64,000 bases of DNA from Tubulanus polymorphus (Eukaryota > Animalia > Nemertea). The first letter of the stretch is position 1. Each line of letters starts with the position of its first letter. The notes beneath the pieces were generated by a model. That model ran no database searches and had not been told where the DNA came from. It saw nothing but the letters and a program-made list of their open reading frames with translations. A program made the translations under genes and the position numbers. The stretch spans positions 17,769,101 to 17,833,100 of the forward strand of contig NC_134025.1 in assembly GCF_964204645.1 (NCBI RefSeq), given 5' to 3'. Positions 26,046 to 38,769 of this stretch are shown piece by piece.

Positions 26046-27300
26046 TTATTCCTCTTTTTCTAAGTGTTTTATCTTCAATTCTAACAGGCGAACACGCAAT
26101 GCTGATTCTTTTTCGAAGACGGACATTTCCATTTCCATTTTCTTTGTTTTGGCCTTCATGAACATAACTTGTTCATTAAGTAGATCCTGCTGGGTAAATC
26201 TTCTTTTCTTCGCTTTGTTTTCTGGAACGAGAAATGAACGAGCATACAATCGATTTGTAATACAAAAATAAATCAGATTACATTTAGAATGCGATTATTT
26301 GATAACTTTGATCAATACATAATTTGTGACACTTACCGCATGAAATATTTTCGGTCGATTCTTTTAAAGAATTTTGCGTAACCGTATCTTGCAGCAGGAT
26401 TTTGTTGGAGAGTACGATGTAATCTGTGTGAAAAAATATAATTTTTGAGTCCAGCGGGATTCGAGCCCTGCCTGCTCTGCAAAAAAGGCGGCGCTCGTGG
26501 CACGATGCCAGCCATTGCTGCATGTATTTTTGGGTCTAGCAGTAGACACTGTAAATTTAGGATTATGTATCAATCACAAAGCACTTGGAGGGATTATAGG
26601 CTTTGAATGCTTGGAAGTCCAGACGTGTTCAGTGTACTATCCAGTAGGTAACATGGCATAAGCTTAGATAAACAGGGTAAGTAAGAATTTAAATCTTCTA
26701 GTCACGAGGTCATGATCTATTTTCCGACCCTGGAATTCCAGGATACTTCCTGGATAGTTTTTAAGGTCATCAATGACGTCATCACACAGCCGATGATGTA
26801 AACAAATGCTCAACTCATTAGATTCACACCCTCAGGTCCAAAACCAAATGATTTCTTACCCTGTTCTTCATTTAATGCATCCAATAAAGATATTCCTTGA
26901 CCTTCTTGTTGCCCAGTCTTTTCAAATACGGGAAAACTGTCGAGATAATCGGTGTCTGGAATGCCGCTCCATGCCACCCGGTTTTCATTCACGGCGACGA
27001 TCTTTTCATATTTTTCACTTTCGCTTTTGAGGACATGTTTTTCCATTTATACTTAATGTCCTCAGGCTTGCGGACAGCGTTTCCCAGGCTATTGACAGCC
27101 GCCGTAATATCTTTCCAAAGCGCCTGCTTCCTTCTATTGGAGATATCTGTCGTCAGTTTCGAAAACAAGACGTCCTTATTCTTGAGCACCATATCTGATA
27201 AAGCCGCCATTTCGTCTTTGCTAAAATTGCATCCTCTTGCCCTTTTTTGTTTGAAATCAGAGGAGGCAACGTCGCTGATGGGATTCGAAAACAACGCCAT
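26046..27300 (-). pseudogene. Harbinger Myb/SANT (MADF-like) DNA-binding protein, multi-exon, disrupted
   Basis: RARGCNFSKDEM...KQALWKDITAAVNS...RKPEDIKYKWKNM, and a C-terminal coiled coil (RVRLLELKIKHLEKEE). There is a premature stop at 26989. Internal exons are uncertain. Confidence 0.85.
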
Positions 27301-29928
27301 TTTTAACTCTGATGATGAATTGTGGGATACTAACTCAGAGTTAGTTAACTCAGAGCTAACCATGAACTGTGGAACACAATTTTAACCCTCGATTTACTAA
27401 CTCTGAGTTAAAAATTTGACCCTAGGGGCAAAAGCTAACCCAGAGTTAACTTTAACTCACAACTGTGGAACTGGGCCCTGGAGGCTAAAAAAGTCAATGG
27501 CAAGCCCTATCTGCGATTAACCGTTTGGACTCTACGGGCTCGAAAATGGGACCCCAAATTTTTCAAAGAGATTTTTGCTCCTAGCTCCTTAACCGGTGGA
27601 GATAGAATTGTGGTTGCAATGAGTGATCAGTAGCCCTTGACAAAACGCTTGTATTGATCATGGGTTAACTATGTAACTCATATGGTTCTCCAGTAGCGCC
27701 ACCTATAAGATGCTGGAAAACACATTTTCATCTATATCTACTAAGGGTATCATTAGATTTCTATAAAAATTGATACACATGTACCTGGTTACTAAATGCA
27801 ACGAACCCCTCACATGATTAGTTCCTATTTCAACCACTAGGGGGCATAAATTTTGAAAAATTGATTTCAGCATCGATTTTTCGTATGTAATGCGGGCTGT
27901 TTATTATGAAAATCACAACACTTGGTATAAGTACAAACACATGTGTGTAATATGCCAACCTGCATGATTAGTTCATACAACTGCCACCAGGGGACTGTGA
28001 AAACTACGATTTTTGCTCCTAGGTCCTTAACCGTTAGTGATAGAATCGAGGTTGCAATGTGTGGTTAGTACCCCTTTACAAGACACTTGTATTAGTGTAA
28101 GATTTAAGTAGGTAACTCATATGGTGCTCCAGTAGCGCTAACTACAAATTGTTGGAAATGCATTTTCATTGATATCTACTTATCGGATGGAGGGATTTCT
28201 ATGAAAATTGATACACATGTACTTTGTTACGAGGGAATGGTAGAACACTGTATCACCTATTTTCTTGAAGTTATTTTCCCTAAACTTGGTACATCATTAC
28301 TTTGCACTTACGAGCCACGGGTCAACATATCCATGATATGGGCTGACCCGTGATACAGGCTGACCCCTAGGTGGCGCTTCTCAGATAGTGGTACATAATG
28401 AACTGATTTCAGTGAAATCTTTTGCAACCTTCCTAGTACGGTATTTAACCCGACAAGACAGAAAACCGTTATCGCTGCTTTGCAGCTATATTTAGGGTTT
28501 TCTGTTACATCACAGAAAACCCTATTTAGATTCGCGTGTTTCTTATTATCATTTTTTTTTTTTCAACACTTTTTTTGTCTAAAGTACATAGGCTTTTTTA
28601 CATTATCGCTGTTGCCGATACAATCCGTCTGATATCATTCAGCTCACTTCGATCTACAAATATTCCGTGCAAATATTGAAGAATCAACGTTACAAAAGCA
28701 CTGTCAGGCCGTAAACATCGAAAATTGAGCCCCATTCAAAGAGCCGACATGTTTTTCTAAGTCGTCTTTCCGAAATCTATCGCACTTTTCTTGTCACGTC
28801 GATTATCAATTCAAGCATAAATTAACAAATTTATTACCTAAAGATTGCACATTCTGTCGCGGTTTTTAAAAACTAATTTTAACAATAGCCCATTTTCCTC
28901 ATCAAATCATATTACTGATACACAGGAAATTTACTACTAATTTCTAAAGCCGTAAACATCGACAAATCGACGTGTGTCACTACATCATCGTTCCGGGGAT
29001 CAGCTGCGAGTTTCTCCTCATCATGAGAATCAAATCGAGTACAAATCAATTTATTACTACCAGTGATTTGGCTGCGGGCGTCAAGCAGTTAGTTTAGCAA
29101 TACCTAGTTTTTTTCTTTATCAAATTAACCGTGTATTTGCTAAGATAAATCATAAGTGTACCGGGGAGTCGTAGGCCTAAACAAAACATGCCGAAGAGAT
29201 ATAGCGGAGAAAAGCTGTTATGTCGACGAGGTATCAAAATAAAAGAATATATTACTTTATTCGGCCGCAGGCCTCAACCTCTATATCAATACCATCAATT
29301 CTCTATATTTCCTACAGTACATACCGATCATTGTCAAATGCACAAGGTATTTACTAAATACAAGTATATAACACACTGCTTTCCGTATGCTGGACTCACA
29401 CTTGACATTCGGATTAAGCGTTCGCTGTGGGGGAAAGGAGATCGTTCGTTGTGTCGCTTGAAGTGTTTATCGAGTTTGACGCGACTTTAGGCCTAACGGT
29501 AGTGAGCTTTACTGTCTCAAACAATCACAGTATAATTGTTGCGTTTATTAACGGACTCATTGGATTGAACATCAAAACAAAATTTACGATATTTAGGAGG
29601 GTTGTTATTCAATAGGCCCACGACCAATCTGTCCGGATGTTAGGCCTACGCATATACATAGGCCTACATAGGCTAATATAGTAGCCTCTACTAGGTAAGG
29701 TTAAAGCTAAGTTCACTGTAAAGGAGGAATCAGATTTAGTAAAATGCATGTTAATTAGTGATTAACTGGTTCTGACTTGCAACGATCAATCACAATTATC
29801 AATTTTATTGGAAAAAATGAAGATTTTTTTGAAAATTTTGTCTGAGCAGGCAGCTTTATAAGCCAGACTTTTCATTTGAGTTTTTTCATAAAAAATGAAA
29901 CTGGTATTTCATTAATTCCTAATGACTA

Positions 29929-30248
29929 AAGCCGGGCCTAGGTCGGCCTTGCGATCGCTTGTGACTCACTGCGACGCCATTCACTGCGACGATTGTGTCA
30001 CAACGACTCATCGACCTATGCTCCCTTGCGACGGGTTGCGACTGTCAGCAACGCCAGTCTCAAGGAGTCGCACGTGTTCTACTTTCTGCGACGCGACACG
30101 ACTGTCACAACCGACCTACGCGCTCTTGCGACTGGCAGAAACTAGTCGCACACAGTCACTGACAATCGTATCGCAACCGATTTGCACCGAAACTTGCGAT
30201 GCAACGCGAGATTCGCATCGCATCACAAGGCTGACCTACGTCCGGCTT
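29929..30248. mobile_element. 320-bp MITE with ~27-bp imperfect TIR, flanked by TA
   Basis: AAGCCGGGCCTAGGTCGGCCTTGCGAT / ATCACAAGGCTGACCTACGTCCGGCTT. The interior is rich in GCGAC/GTCGC. Confidence 0.8.
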
Positions 30249-30289
30249 TAAGTTACTGCAGAGCCCCAGAAATATCTTTTTGTTCATTC

Positions 30290-30810
30290 AAAAGATCTTT
30301 CGCTTGAGAATTCTTTCGTCGGAACAAAATTTATTTCGTTCGAACCAATAATATTCTGTTCGATTGAACCAATTTGAAAAAATCGTTAGAAAAAAGTTGA
30401 ACACACTTTTTTTGTCCCAACGAAAGGTTTTTCGTTCGAACAATCGTTCGATCGAACAAATTTGTTTTAATTTGAACAGAATTTTCTTTTCAGAACATTA
30501 AGTTTTTCGTTCAAACAAGTAAATAGTAAAAAGTTTTTTCTCCGAACCAAAAGTATTAAGTATTTCGTTTAATCGAACAGAATTGTTTTCATTCAAACAT
30601 TCGTTCGAAAAAATTGTTTTCGCTCAACCAAATTTTTTTGCCGGGACAAAAAGTTTTTCATTTCAATAATAACATAGCTTTTCATTCGAACACATTTTTT
30701 GTCAGAATGAAGTTTTGGTTCAAACAAAAAGCGTATTGTTCGATCAAACTGAATTGTTTTCCCTCGCACAAGATTTTCTTGTCGGAACATTAAGTTTTTT
30801 GGTCAAACTG
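30290..30810. repeat. Degenerate TTCGTTCGAAC-rich repeat tract
   Basis: Many TTCGTT(C)GAAC/GGAAC variants spaced by A/T runs. Confidence 0.6.
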
Positions 30811-32021
30811 CGTGTTAAGTTCATTTTGGAAATTAACTCGGTCTGGTATATTTTGGATTACTGTGTATGTCATTTGTCAGGACATTAAACAGAAGACGAC
30901 TTAGGATACTTCCTTGCGTGACTCCACTAGTTAGACCGACTTATTCCAAGATGAGGCGTTGATTTCGGCTACAAGTTTTCGTTCAGAGATAACTGCTGAG
31001 CCATTTGGGCGACCTATCATTGATACTGTTTCCTAATAGCCTGTTTATTAATGGCTGATGTTGTGCCTTATCAAATGCTCTGTCGAAATCCACCGTTGAA
31101 CAGGATTCTTTGACTGTGCAGAAAACCCGTTATCGCTGCTTTGCAGCTATATTTATATTTCGTAATACTACTGTGCTCTGTGCAAACTTGTAAAATTTTT
31201 TGGAGCAAGGAAATAAACTTAAACTTAAACTCGATAAATAGCCCAAATCTAATTATCAGTCAATATAGCAAATACACTTTTGCCAAAGTGGAGATGAAGA
31301 AAAATTTGGATGGTGCCCGGCGTTAGGGGGTCATCGCCGGGGTGGATGTGTCTCATTTCAGGCAAGTAGTTTTTTCCAACAGTACGGTTTCCATGGAAAC
31401 CACATACAATTTTGGGGCTTGGACATTTTGCCCAAAAATGGCTCTAGTGTGTAAACGTGTAAATTCAATCACTGTTGTGGTGTTCAACCGAGGAAAAGAT
31501 AACAAGACTTATTTTTCCCAGCATGCATTAGAAAGCATACTAACTGCCAACTGCCTAAAACTGTCAGTCAACTGATTGATGATACAACACGACTGCCAAA
31601 CTATCGATTTATTGTGGTGCAATAAAGATAACATTGAATTAAATTGCAGTTTCAAATATATATATATATTACAAGCAGTAGATTTAACAGTCTCTCTTTT
31701 AGATGCTGTTGGAATTTTAGATATATTTTATTTTGTTTATAAAGTCTATTAGAGTTAAATAGTTTTTCCACTTGTAATTTTGCTAACTTATTTTTCAATT
31801 AAAAGTTGCGATCGAAATACACTTGTGACAATGTCTGATCTTTGTCTGTGGTCTCTCATTAGAAAATCAATATTTCCAACTTTGGCATGTGTCTAAAAAG
31901 GGGGGTGGGCGGTTTAAAACCAATTAGACAGTTATTCTAATTGACGGAGCTATTGAAATTATTAGATGCTCCCTTATTCTCGGCGTGCATAACTATGATA
32001 TTTAGACATCAACTGTTTCGT

Positions 32022-32401
32022 TGTGTGTATGTGTGTGTGCGTGTGCGCGTGTGCGCGTGTGCGCGTGTGCGCGTGTGCGCGTGTGCGCGTGTGCGCGTGT
32101 GCGCGTGTGCGCGTGTGCGCGTGTGCGCGTGTGCGCGTGTGCGCGTGTGCGCGTGTGCGCGTGTGCGCGTGTGCGCGTGTGCGCGTGTGCGCGTGTGCGC
32201 GTGTGCGCGTGTGCGCGTATGTATGTATGTATGTATGTATGTATGTATGTATGTATGTATGTATGTATGTATGTATGTATGTATGTATGTATGTATGTAT
32301 GTATGTATGTATGTATGTATGTATGTATGTATGTATGTATGTATGTATGTATGTATGTATGTATGTATGTATGTATGTATGTATGTATGTATGTATGTAT
32401 G

Positions 32402-32450
<49 letters not shown>

Positions 32451-32464
32451 GTATATATATATGT

Positions 32465-32534
<70 letters not shown>
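32022..32534. repeat. Compound microsatellite (GTGTGCGC)n-(ATGT)n-(AT)n
   Basis: Read directly: ~510 bp of alternating purine-pyrimidine. Confidence 0.98.
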
Positions 32535-32543
<9 letters not shown>

Positions 32544-33835
32544 AGTGATCACTCAGATCTGTCGTGTTCATATTCGAAATACTTGATAAATTGAAATCGG
32601 ATGATGTTGATCATAAGCTATTGGGTTTGAATCTCACTATAACCGTTGTGTGCAACATAAAAAAAAGTATCAGGGTGGATTTGGGCAGCTTGAGGAGTAA
32701 TAGGCAGGGCGGATACGGGCAGCTTGAGTGCTAATGGGTTAATGAAATGCATATGTAAATGCCTATAGGCACTTAAGGTTCCTATTAATCACATACCTGT
32801 TAATCTTCCAGAGCCTGGACAATTGGTGTCTACATCATTTATCCCCTTTTGGGGAGAGGCATAATTGATGTTCGTGATATCAATGATAGGTTCAACCGAT
32901 TCACAAGTTGCCAGTTTGCAAATTGAAGAGCAAAAGAAAAACCACTTAACGTATCTGCTGCCGTATTTTGGATCAACTAACGAAACTGAAAAAGAAAGAA
33001 AAAACATGCATACTTGATTTTAATGTGAATTTAAAATGTCAGACTGGGACAAATACCAATGCAACTGAGAAGAAATATATAGCCCAGCTTTTGATGGCAG
33101 CAGCCAAGTTACCAACAACTGAGCCAGAATGCTGGATATCATCACCCACCAGCGGCTTTTCGGCAACATTGGATTAACCTGGTAAAACTACGCAATGAAT
33201 TGCGAGAGACGAATAGAATAAAAGTCCCACAATCGCAGGATCTAAAAAGTTTAAAATCTAAAAAGTTCAATTAAAATTTATCAATAAACTGCCCATGGGC
33301 AAAGTGTGGTTTACCTTGAAAGCTAGAGGTTGTTTGGAGTAAGGGCATTGCTTGAAAAATCTTTTTAATTCGTGATTTCAAAGTTCTTGAAGTTTATATT
33401 TTATTTTATCTTTCTTAAAGAATTATTTTGTAGTCAAATAAGTCCATAGATAAACTTTTGTTTATTGTCTACGTCCAAAATTTTGTAGGGTACAGGGGTG
33501 CAGGGAAACTATTTTATATTTTCAAAAAATCATTTTTCACCATATGAAAAAAATATTCAAATATAATTCATATGATGTCACATATCAGGGGGTGGCTGAA
33601 TATTGAGTCTTGGAAAGGAAACCTCTTCCAATATATGACCGCGGAAGCTAAAACACGGGGGCGTAGTATTAGATCGTTTTAAATCCTGGAATTTACCACT
33701 TCAATATTCAGACCTCGACCTATACCTATAGTTTGCTGCTTCGTATTTCAGGTCACAAAAAATAACAATTTATTACAAATTCTATCAAACAGAAAACACA
33801 GCGCTAAAACACCATCCTATAGACTATCTAAATAT

Positions 33836-35176
33836 TTGGCGAAAACTCTTTCACCGGTTCTTGGCTCATTTTCGAATGCCCATTTACGCCATAACCAGGA
33901 CTTATTGGAATGTTTAAAAAATGTTATTCCTGGGCATGATAAATTTACATCTTTTGATGTTGCTAGCTTATTCACTAATGTTCCTTTAGAACCTACTTTG
34001 GACTTTCTTAGGAGAAAGTTACCTACTTTAGATTTTCATTTTGATATACCGGTTGATTGTCTTTTGGACTTAATTGAACTTTGTACAAAAAACTTAAATT
34101 TTCAATTTGGTTCTTACTTTTTTGAACAGATTTTTGGTATGGCTATGGGGAATCCACTTTCCCATGTTCTTGCTGGTTTTTTTTTGGAACATGTCGAAAG
34201 TGAAATTCTTCCTCTTTACACTGAAAGTAGACCCAAAATTTGGCGACGTTACGTTGATGATATTCTTTGTTTAGTTTCCCCCGATTTTAATGTAAATGGA
34301 TTCTTACATTATTTGAACTCTTTATATCCTACTTTGAATTTCACTTTTGAGTGGGAAGAAAAAAATAATTGCATCCCGTTTCTCGATGTACTCATTCATA
34401 ATTTCAAAACAAATTTGAAATAATCTGTATATAGAAAACCGACTAACGCTGAAGCTTATCTTCATTTTTTCTCATTTACTCCTTTGAACATCAAAATTCG
34501 AATAGCCCAAGGATTATTTCTTCGAGCTCTATGTATTTGTGATCAAATGTTTTTAGATAAAGAAATCAAACATATAAGAACTGCTCTCAAGAAACTAGCC
34601 TATCCAGACAAAATTTTGAACAAAGCTTATTTCAAAGCCCGAATTTCTCACTTTGGACATAATGACCTGACCAGAAAACGCAGAGCTCAAAAGAATATTA
34701 TAATCCCGTATTTACCTACTTTGGAACGCCTTAAATCCACATTAAGCACCATCGACACAAGATTAGTCTTTCAGTATAATAACAAACTCACTAATGTTTT
34801 AACCAAAAATAAACCCAACAGTGAGCTAATTGAGTCAGGGGTCTATAAGATACCATGTAAAGACTGTAATATGATGTACATCGGCGAAACGGGACGTAAT
34901 CTCAGTCAGCGTATTAAAGAACACAAAATAGATATCCGCAACCAAAAGCCTGAGAGTGGAATAGCGAATCATGTCTTTACAACCAATCACCAATTTGACA
35001 TTCAGAATTCGAAACTTATTTATCCTTGTAAAGATATTCATAAGAGACACATAGTGGAATCAGCCCTTATATGTAAACTTTCGAAATCCAATTTATCTAC
35101 TAATTTAAATACTGGTTTTTCTCCACATAACCAATTATTATCCAGACACATCAACTCTTTATTAGATTTGGGTTGA
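33836..35176 (+). pseudogene. Penelope RT + GIY-YIG endonuclease, one in-frame stop (34421-34423)
   Basis: SFDVASLFTNVP, GMAMGNPLS, WRRYVDD, PFLDVL, VYRKPT and SGVYKIPCKDC..YIGETGR...RIKEH. Confidence 0.93.
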
Positions 35177-35391
35177 TGTCACTATGTGTCACTCTGTTAT
35201 CGCCACCTTCTTCAGTCCACTTCACTTAGTTACATAATTTGTTTTTACTCTGAACTGTTTAGAATTGCTGTGGTTTCCATGGTACCCCTTGATGTTTTAT
35301 TGCTTGGTCTGTTTATCTTTAGTTTTGACACACTGCTTCTATTTTAGATCATGTGAGTTTATATGCTTTGTAACTTGTTTTCCTGGTCATT

Positions 35392-35437
35392 CCACCTGAT
35401 GATGGCTGTTAGTCAACAGCCGAAACGTGGTTTCGTA
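35392..35437 (+). ncRNA. Minimal hammerhead-ribozyme-like motif in the Penelope 3' region
   Basis: CCAC-CTGATGA-T-GGCTGTT-AGTC-AACAGCC-GAAAC-GTGG: catalytic core boxes and a 7-bp stem II. The cleavage triplet is ambiguous. Confidence 0.7.
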
Positions 35438-36229
35438 ATAATAAATTTGATAGTATAATTTCAAATTCGAAGTGTGGGATTTCTTCATTTAACTACAGTT
35501 TACACGGATTATAGTGTTTATTCGACAACTAACAGCGCTCATCTTCTTCTACGACGCTTATTCCGCATGTTATCATACCAAATGTGCACGTGCCAAGCAG
35601 CATTACAGCATCACCAATTCAAATTATAGAAGTCTGTATGAGCGTGTGTTTGTGTGTGCAACAGTCTAATGTTTAGCACTCCCATGCATGTGGAGGCCTT
35701 GTGTAGTGAACGTTCGCTTCACATCAATCTCAATCAACACAATCACCGGGTATTAAAATGAAACAATACCTATGGCGATATGCGAAATAACTATATTCTC
35801 ACCTGCAATGAGCATTAAAAATTGGCACATATACGGTACCTAGTCCGATGAAAAGTTCGCCATTAATGTTTTTCCCATAATTATTTCAGTAGCGCCAGAA
35901 TTTCCCGTATATCCCAAAAACAGCCAATCACATTCGCTTGTAGAGACGACGCCCCCCTATCAGGGTCATTGCAATCTTATACGCATGAGCAAAGAATTTT
36001 CCCGTCAAAAACAGTTTTTCGTTGAAAATATAAACAAAGTTGACCATGTCATCGACGGAGGTTTGTCATGTCTTCAATCGAATCGATTATACGTCGTTCA
36101 ACCCGAGAACCAATGAAAAAAAAGCTCACATAAAAATCAGCGCAATTTTACATGAATTGGCTCAATGCCAACCTCATACTGCTGACAAAGGTAAACCAAA
36201 AACCTGTATATTCGGTTTTATACTAAAAA

Positions 36230-36905
36230 CCATTTTTATAGCTAACTTATTTCTGGAACATGTTGAAACTGAAATTTTGCCCTTGTATACAGATATCCCC
36301 CCAAAGCTTGGTTTTGTTATGTTGATGATGTCCTTTGCTTGGTGTCTAATAATTTCACCCTTCCCTTATTTTCAGAGTTCTTAAATTCACGTCACCCTAG
36401 CCTTAAGTTCACATTTGAATGGGAATCCAATAATGCTATTCCTTTCCTTGATGTTCTTATACACAATTGTTTTGATCGTCTCCATTTTGCAGTCTATCGG
36501 AAAGCTACCCACTTCAATTCATATTTACATTTCATTTTCTTCACTAGTTTTAATATCAAGTAGTCTGTAGCCCAAGGGTTGTTTCTTCGGGCTCTTAAGA
36601 ATTTGTGACTCTGAATTTACTGCATGTAAACTGAAATTTTATCATCCAGATTATCCAGATTACGTCCTTGCGCTTCGTAAGGCTAAAAGCTCCCTTAAAC
36701 CTAATTTTATCCGTGTTGACTCTAACTCATTCAACGTAAGTCACACATTGTTGTCCCTCATGTCCCTTGTTTAGACATATTGAAACCCTCTCTCAAAGCT
36801 CTTAACACTGATATCATATTCAAGTATAAAATAAAAATCTCTAGTCATTTATCCAAAAATGATACTCCGTCCAACATACATGCCAATGTTTACAAAATCC
36901 CAGTG
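36230..36905 (+). pseudogene. Second, more decayed Penelope RT fragment
   Basis: ANLFLEHVETEILPLY, YVDDV, FTFEWE..AIPFLDVLIH, VYRKATH and VYKIP. It is paralogous to 34170-34860. Confidence 0.85.
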
Positions 36906-37956
36906 AATAGCAGTTATCCTATGTGGCATACTTTAGTATACATATAACGACCTGAGATGTGACTTATTGAAAAAAGGAGCACGAATTAGCCGTAATAGTT
37001 AGCGGAATAGCCATCTCCTTATCCTTCACTCAGTGCGTATAGTTCATATTAAACCCGCGGGTGGCGCTATTTATGATGATAACTATGACAATCAACACAA
37101 GCACGTGTGCACCTGCTGAGATAAACAGTGAGCACGTGCTGAAATTGCAAATTCAAAAGTCAAATTTCTCAGTAATAGCTGAACTAAAATTCAAATCAGT
37201 TCCATATTTGATATTTGTAAATACATCACATTTGAAAATGAATTTTACACAATATTCTATTTGGATGGCATATGCTCTTAAAGAGCATTGTCTTACTAAA
37301 AAAAAACAATAGGCCCATGGGCCTTGAAGCATTGGTAGATTATACTGTGGTAAGGTATTAAGTGGTAAATGCTTTGCATCTGCCGGCAAATGTTCTATGA
37401 CGATGTTGCTTGGGAGGATCACAGATGATACGATATTCATATATTATATATATATGTATATTGTACGATATTCATTTATGCTGAAAATAAATTTCATTTT
37501 TCTGCAAAACAATTTAGCAACGTTATTTGTATTGTTAAACCTCATTAATGTGATTCTGTTAAAGACGAAGCTAGTTTATTCTGATGTTTTCCATCATGTC
37601 CCAGCTAAGATATTCATATCAATCAAGATTTGGTTACAGAAACCCATTTAGTAGAACGATTTCTGCACCTTCGTCAACAAGATTTGTATCAACGAAGTAC
37701 GCCTACAACTGCAAGGGTAATCTCGACTGACTGTGTTTTTCTTGCATGAACTGTTAGGCCCTATTGCTGAATTATGAAAACAGAATGCAAAATAGGTACG
37801 GTAGATCAATTGGACAAACGTACACAACAAAACATGGCAGAGAATGATGGTGTCACTGAGGCCGGCAGATGTTTGTTTGTTTGTATTCGTCTGTTTGGCT
37901 TTACGTCATTTGGATCTTGGTTTCCCAAGACTGCCTCTATTGGATTTGAATTTGTG

Positions 37957-38031
37957 GTAGGACTCGAACCCACTATTCACTCAGCACTTACAGTGGATGC
38001 ATTAGCATAACGCCTTATCTTACTGTGCTAC
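37957..38031 (-). repeat. tRNA-derived (SINE-head-like) sequence
   Basis: Minus strand A-box-like TAGCACAGTAAG and B-box GGGTTCGAGTCC. No clean cloverleaf. Confidence 0.45.
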
Positions 38032-38769
38032 TAAGGCCGCTCGATTAAAATCCAAAAACTACAGCAGCGCAAATAACCATCGCAATATTGCAATTTACAA
38101 CAATGTGTAAATTTAATCACTGTTGTGGTGTTCGATGCTTGGAAACGATAATAAAAGTTATTTTTCCCGGCGCGCATTACAAAGCAAATCTATCCGCTGA
38201 GTGCGTAAGGGCCTGCTACCGCCTCATGAGTGCGCTGGAGGCGGGCAGGGCATCTTAAAGCAATAGACAGCCGCTGCAGGGCTGTCGGCAGCTAAGCTGC
38301 CACTCAAAACCATCCCTTACTTGAGTCTCAGTCCTTAATTCAATTGGCCACTTGAAAATGTTACTTCAGGTGAAGGGAAACCGAAAACTAAAAATAGATA
38401 GGATCAACGATTTTTCTTTTTAAATAATGAAGACATAAAGCAAGAATAGGTTGCATTTCTTTCAAATGACAATCCACTATGATCATCCGCTAAAGTTTAA
38501 TGCCACCATAGAAAGACTACCTCGCCAGGTTTTCTGAAGAGACAGGGAACCAGTCAATTCAATTCAGAATTCATTTTACAGAAACGGGGTATAAAAAAGT
38601 TTTCGATAAACAGTTACAATATATATGTTCATAAAACGATTTTTCAAATAGTCACTAACAAAAGTAAAAGAAAATTAAAAGAATCTTGAAAAACGTTAAA
38701 GTAAATGTTTTATTCTGAAATTATAATTTTGTCAATAAAGAATAAATAGAATGGTCGTCAGCACAGGAG

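Larger units (their letters stand above)
22688..27477. mobile_element. Full-length two-gene PIF/Harbinger transposon (4790 bp), 3-bp TSD CTG
   Basis: TIRs GACCCGGTTCCATAGTTGT / ACAACTGTGGAACTGGGCC, with CTG on both sides. The empty site CAGCCTGGAGGCT is visible at ~21373. Subterminal palindromes AACCCTAGGGT and TAACTCAGAGTTA are present. Transposase and Myb/SANT genes are convergent. Confidence 0.95.
20683..28492 (+). mobile_element. HINE-like family C, unit 2, with a ~1.27-kb internal duplication and a Harbinger insertion
   Basis: Starts ATTATTATATTCTTTTTCACACTGGATC, as at ~14995, and ends GAAAACCGTTATCGCTGCTTTGCAGCTATATTT. 20930-22195 is repeated from 22196 onward. Confidence 0.75.
28493..31153 (+). 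mobile_element. HINE-like element with family C-type termini but a different interior (unit 3)
   Basis: Starts TAGGGTTTTCTG-TTACATCA-CAGAAAACCCTA and ends CAGAAAACCCGTTATCGCTGCTTTGCAGCTATATTT. It abuts unit 2 directly. Confidence 0.75.
33806..35531 (+). mobile_element. 5'-truncated Penelope-like retroelement, 8-bp TSD ACAGCGCT
   Basis: ACAGCGCT at 33798-33805 and 35532-35539, with the empty site at ~62224. RT + GIY-YIG ORF, and a 3' region with a hammerhead-like motif and AATAAA. Confidence 0.92.
33289..35620. repeat. Dispersed repeat family D, split by a Penelope insertion
   Basis: 33289-33805 plus 35540-35620 match 61165-62295 (TGCCCATGGGCAAAGTGTGGTTTACC...AACACAGCG). Confidence 0.8.

Noticed and set aside
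26897-27385. Antisense ORFs over TE genes (also 16418, 51015, 53077, 55392)
   Set aside because: They are shadow frames of real TE coding strands with no motifs of their own.
31941-32586. Five long ORFs with CARVRV/MYVC/IY repeats
   Set aside because: They are translations of the compound microsatellite, not genes.
32670-32742. piggyBac-like right end (...GGGTTAA with subterminal repeats)
   Set aside because: No matching left end or transposase was found.
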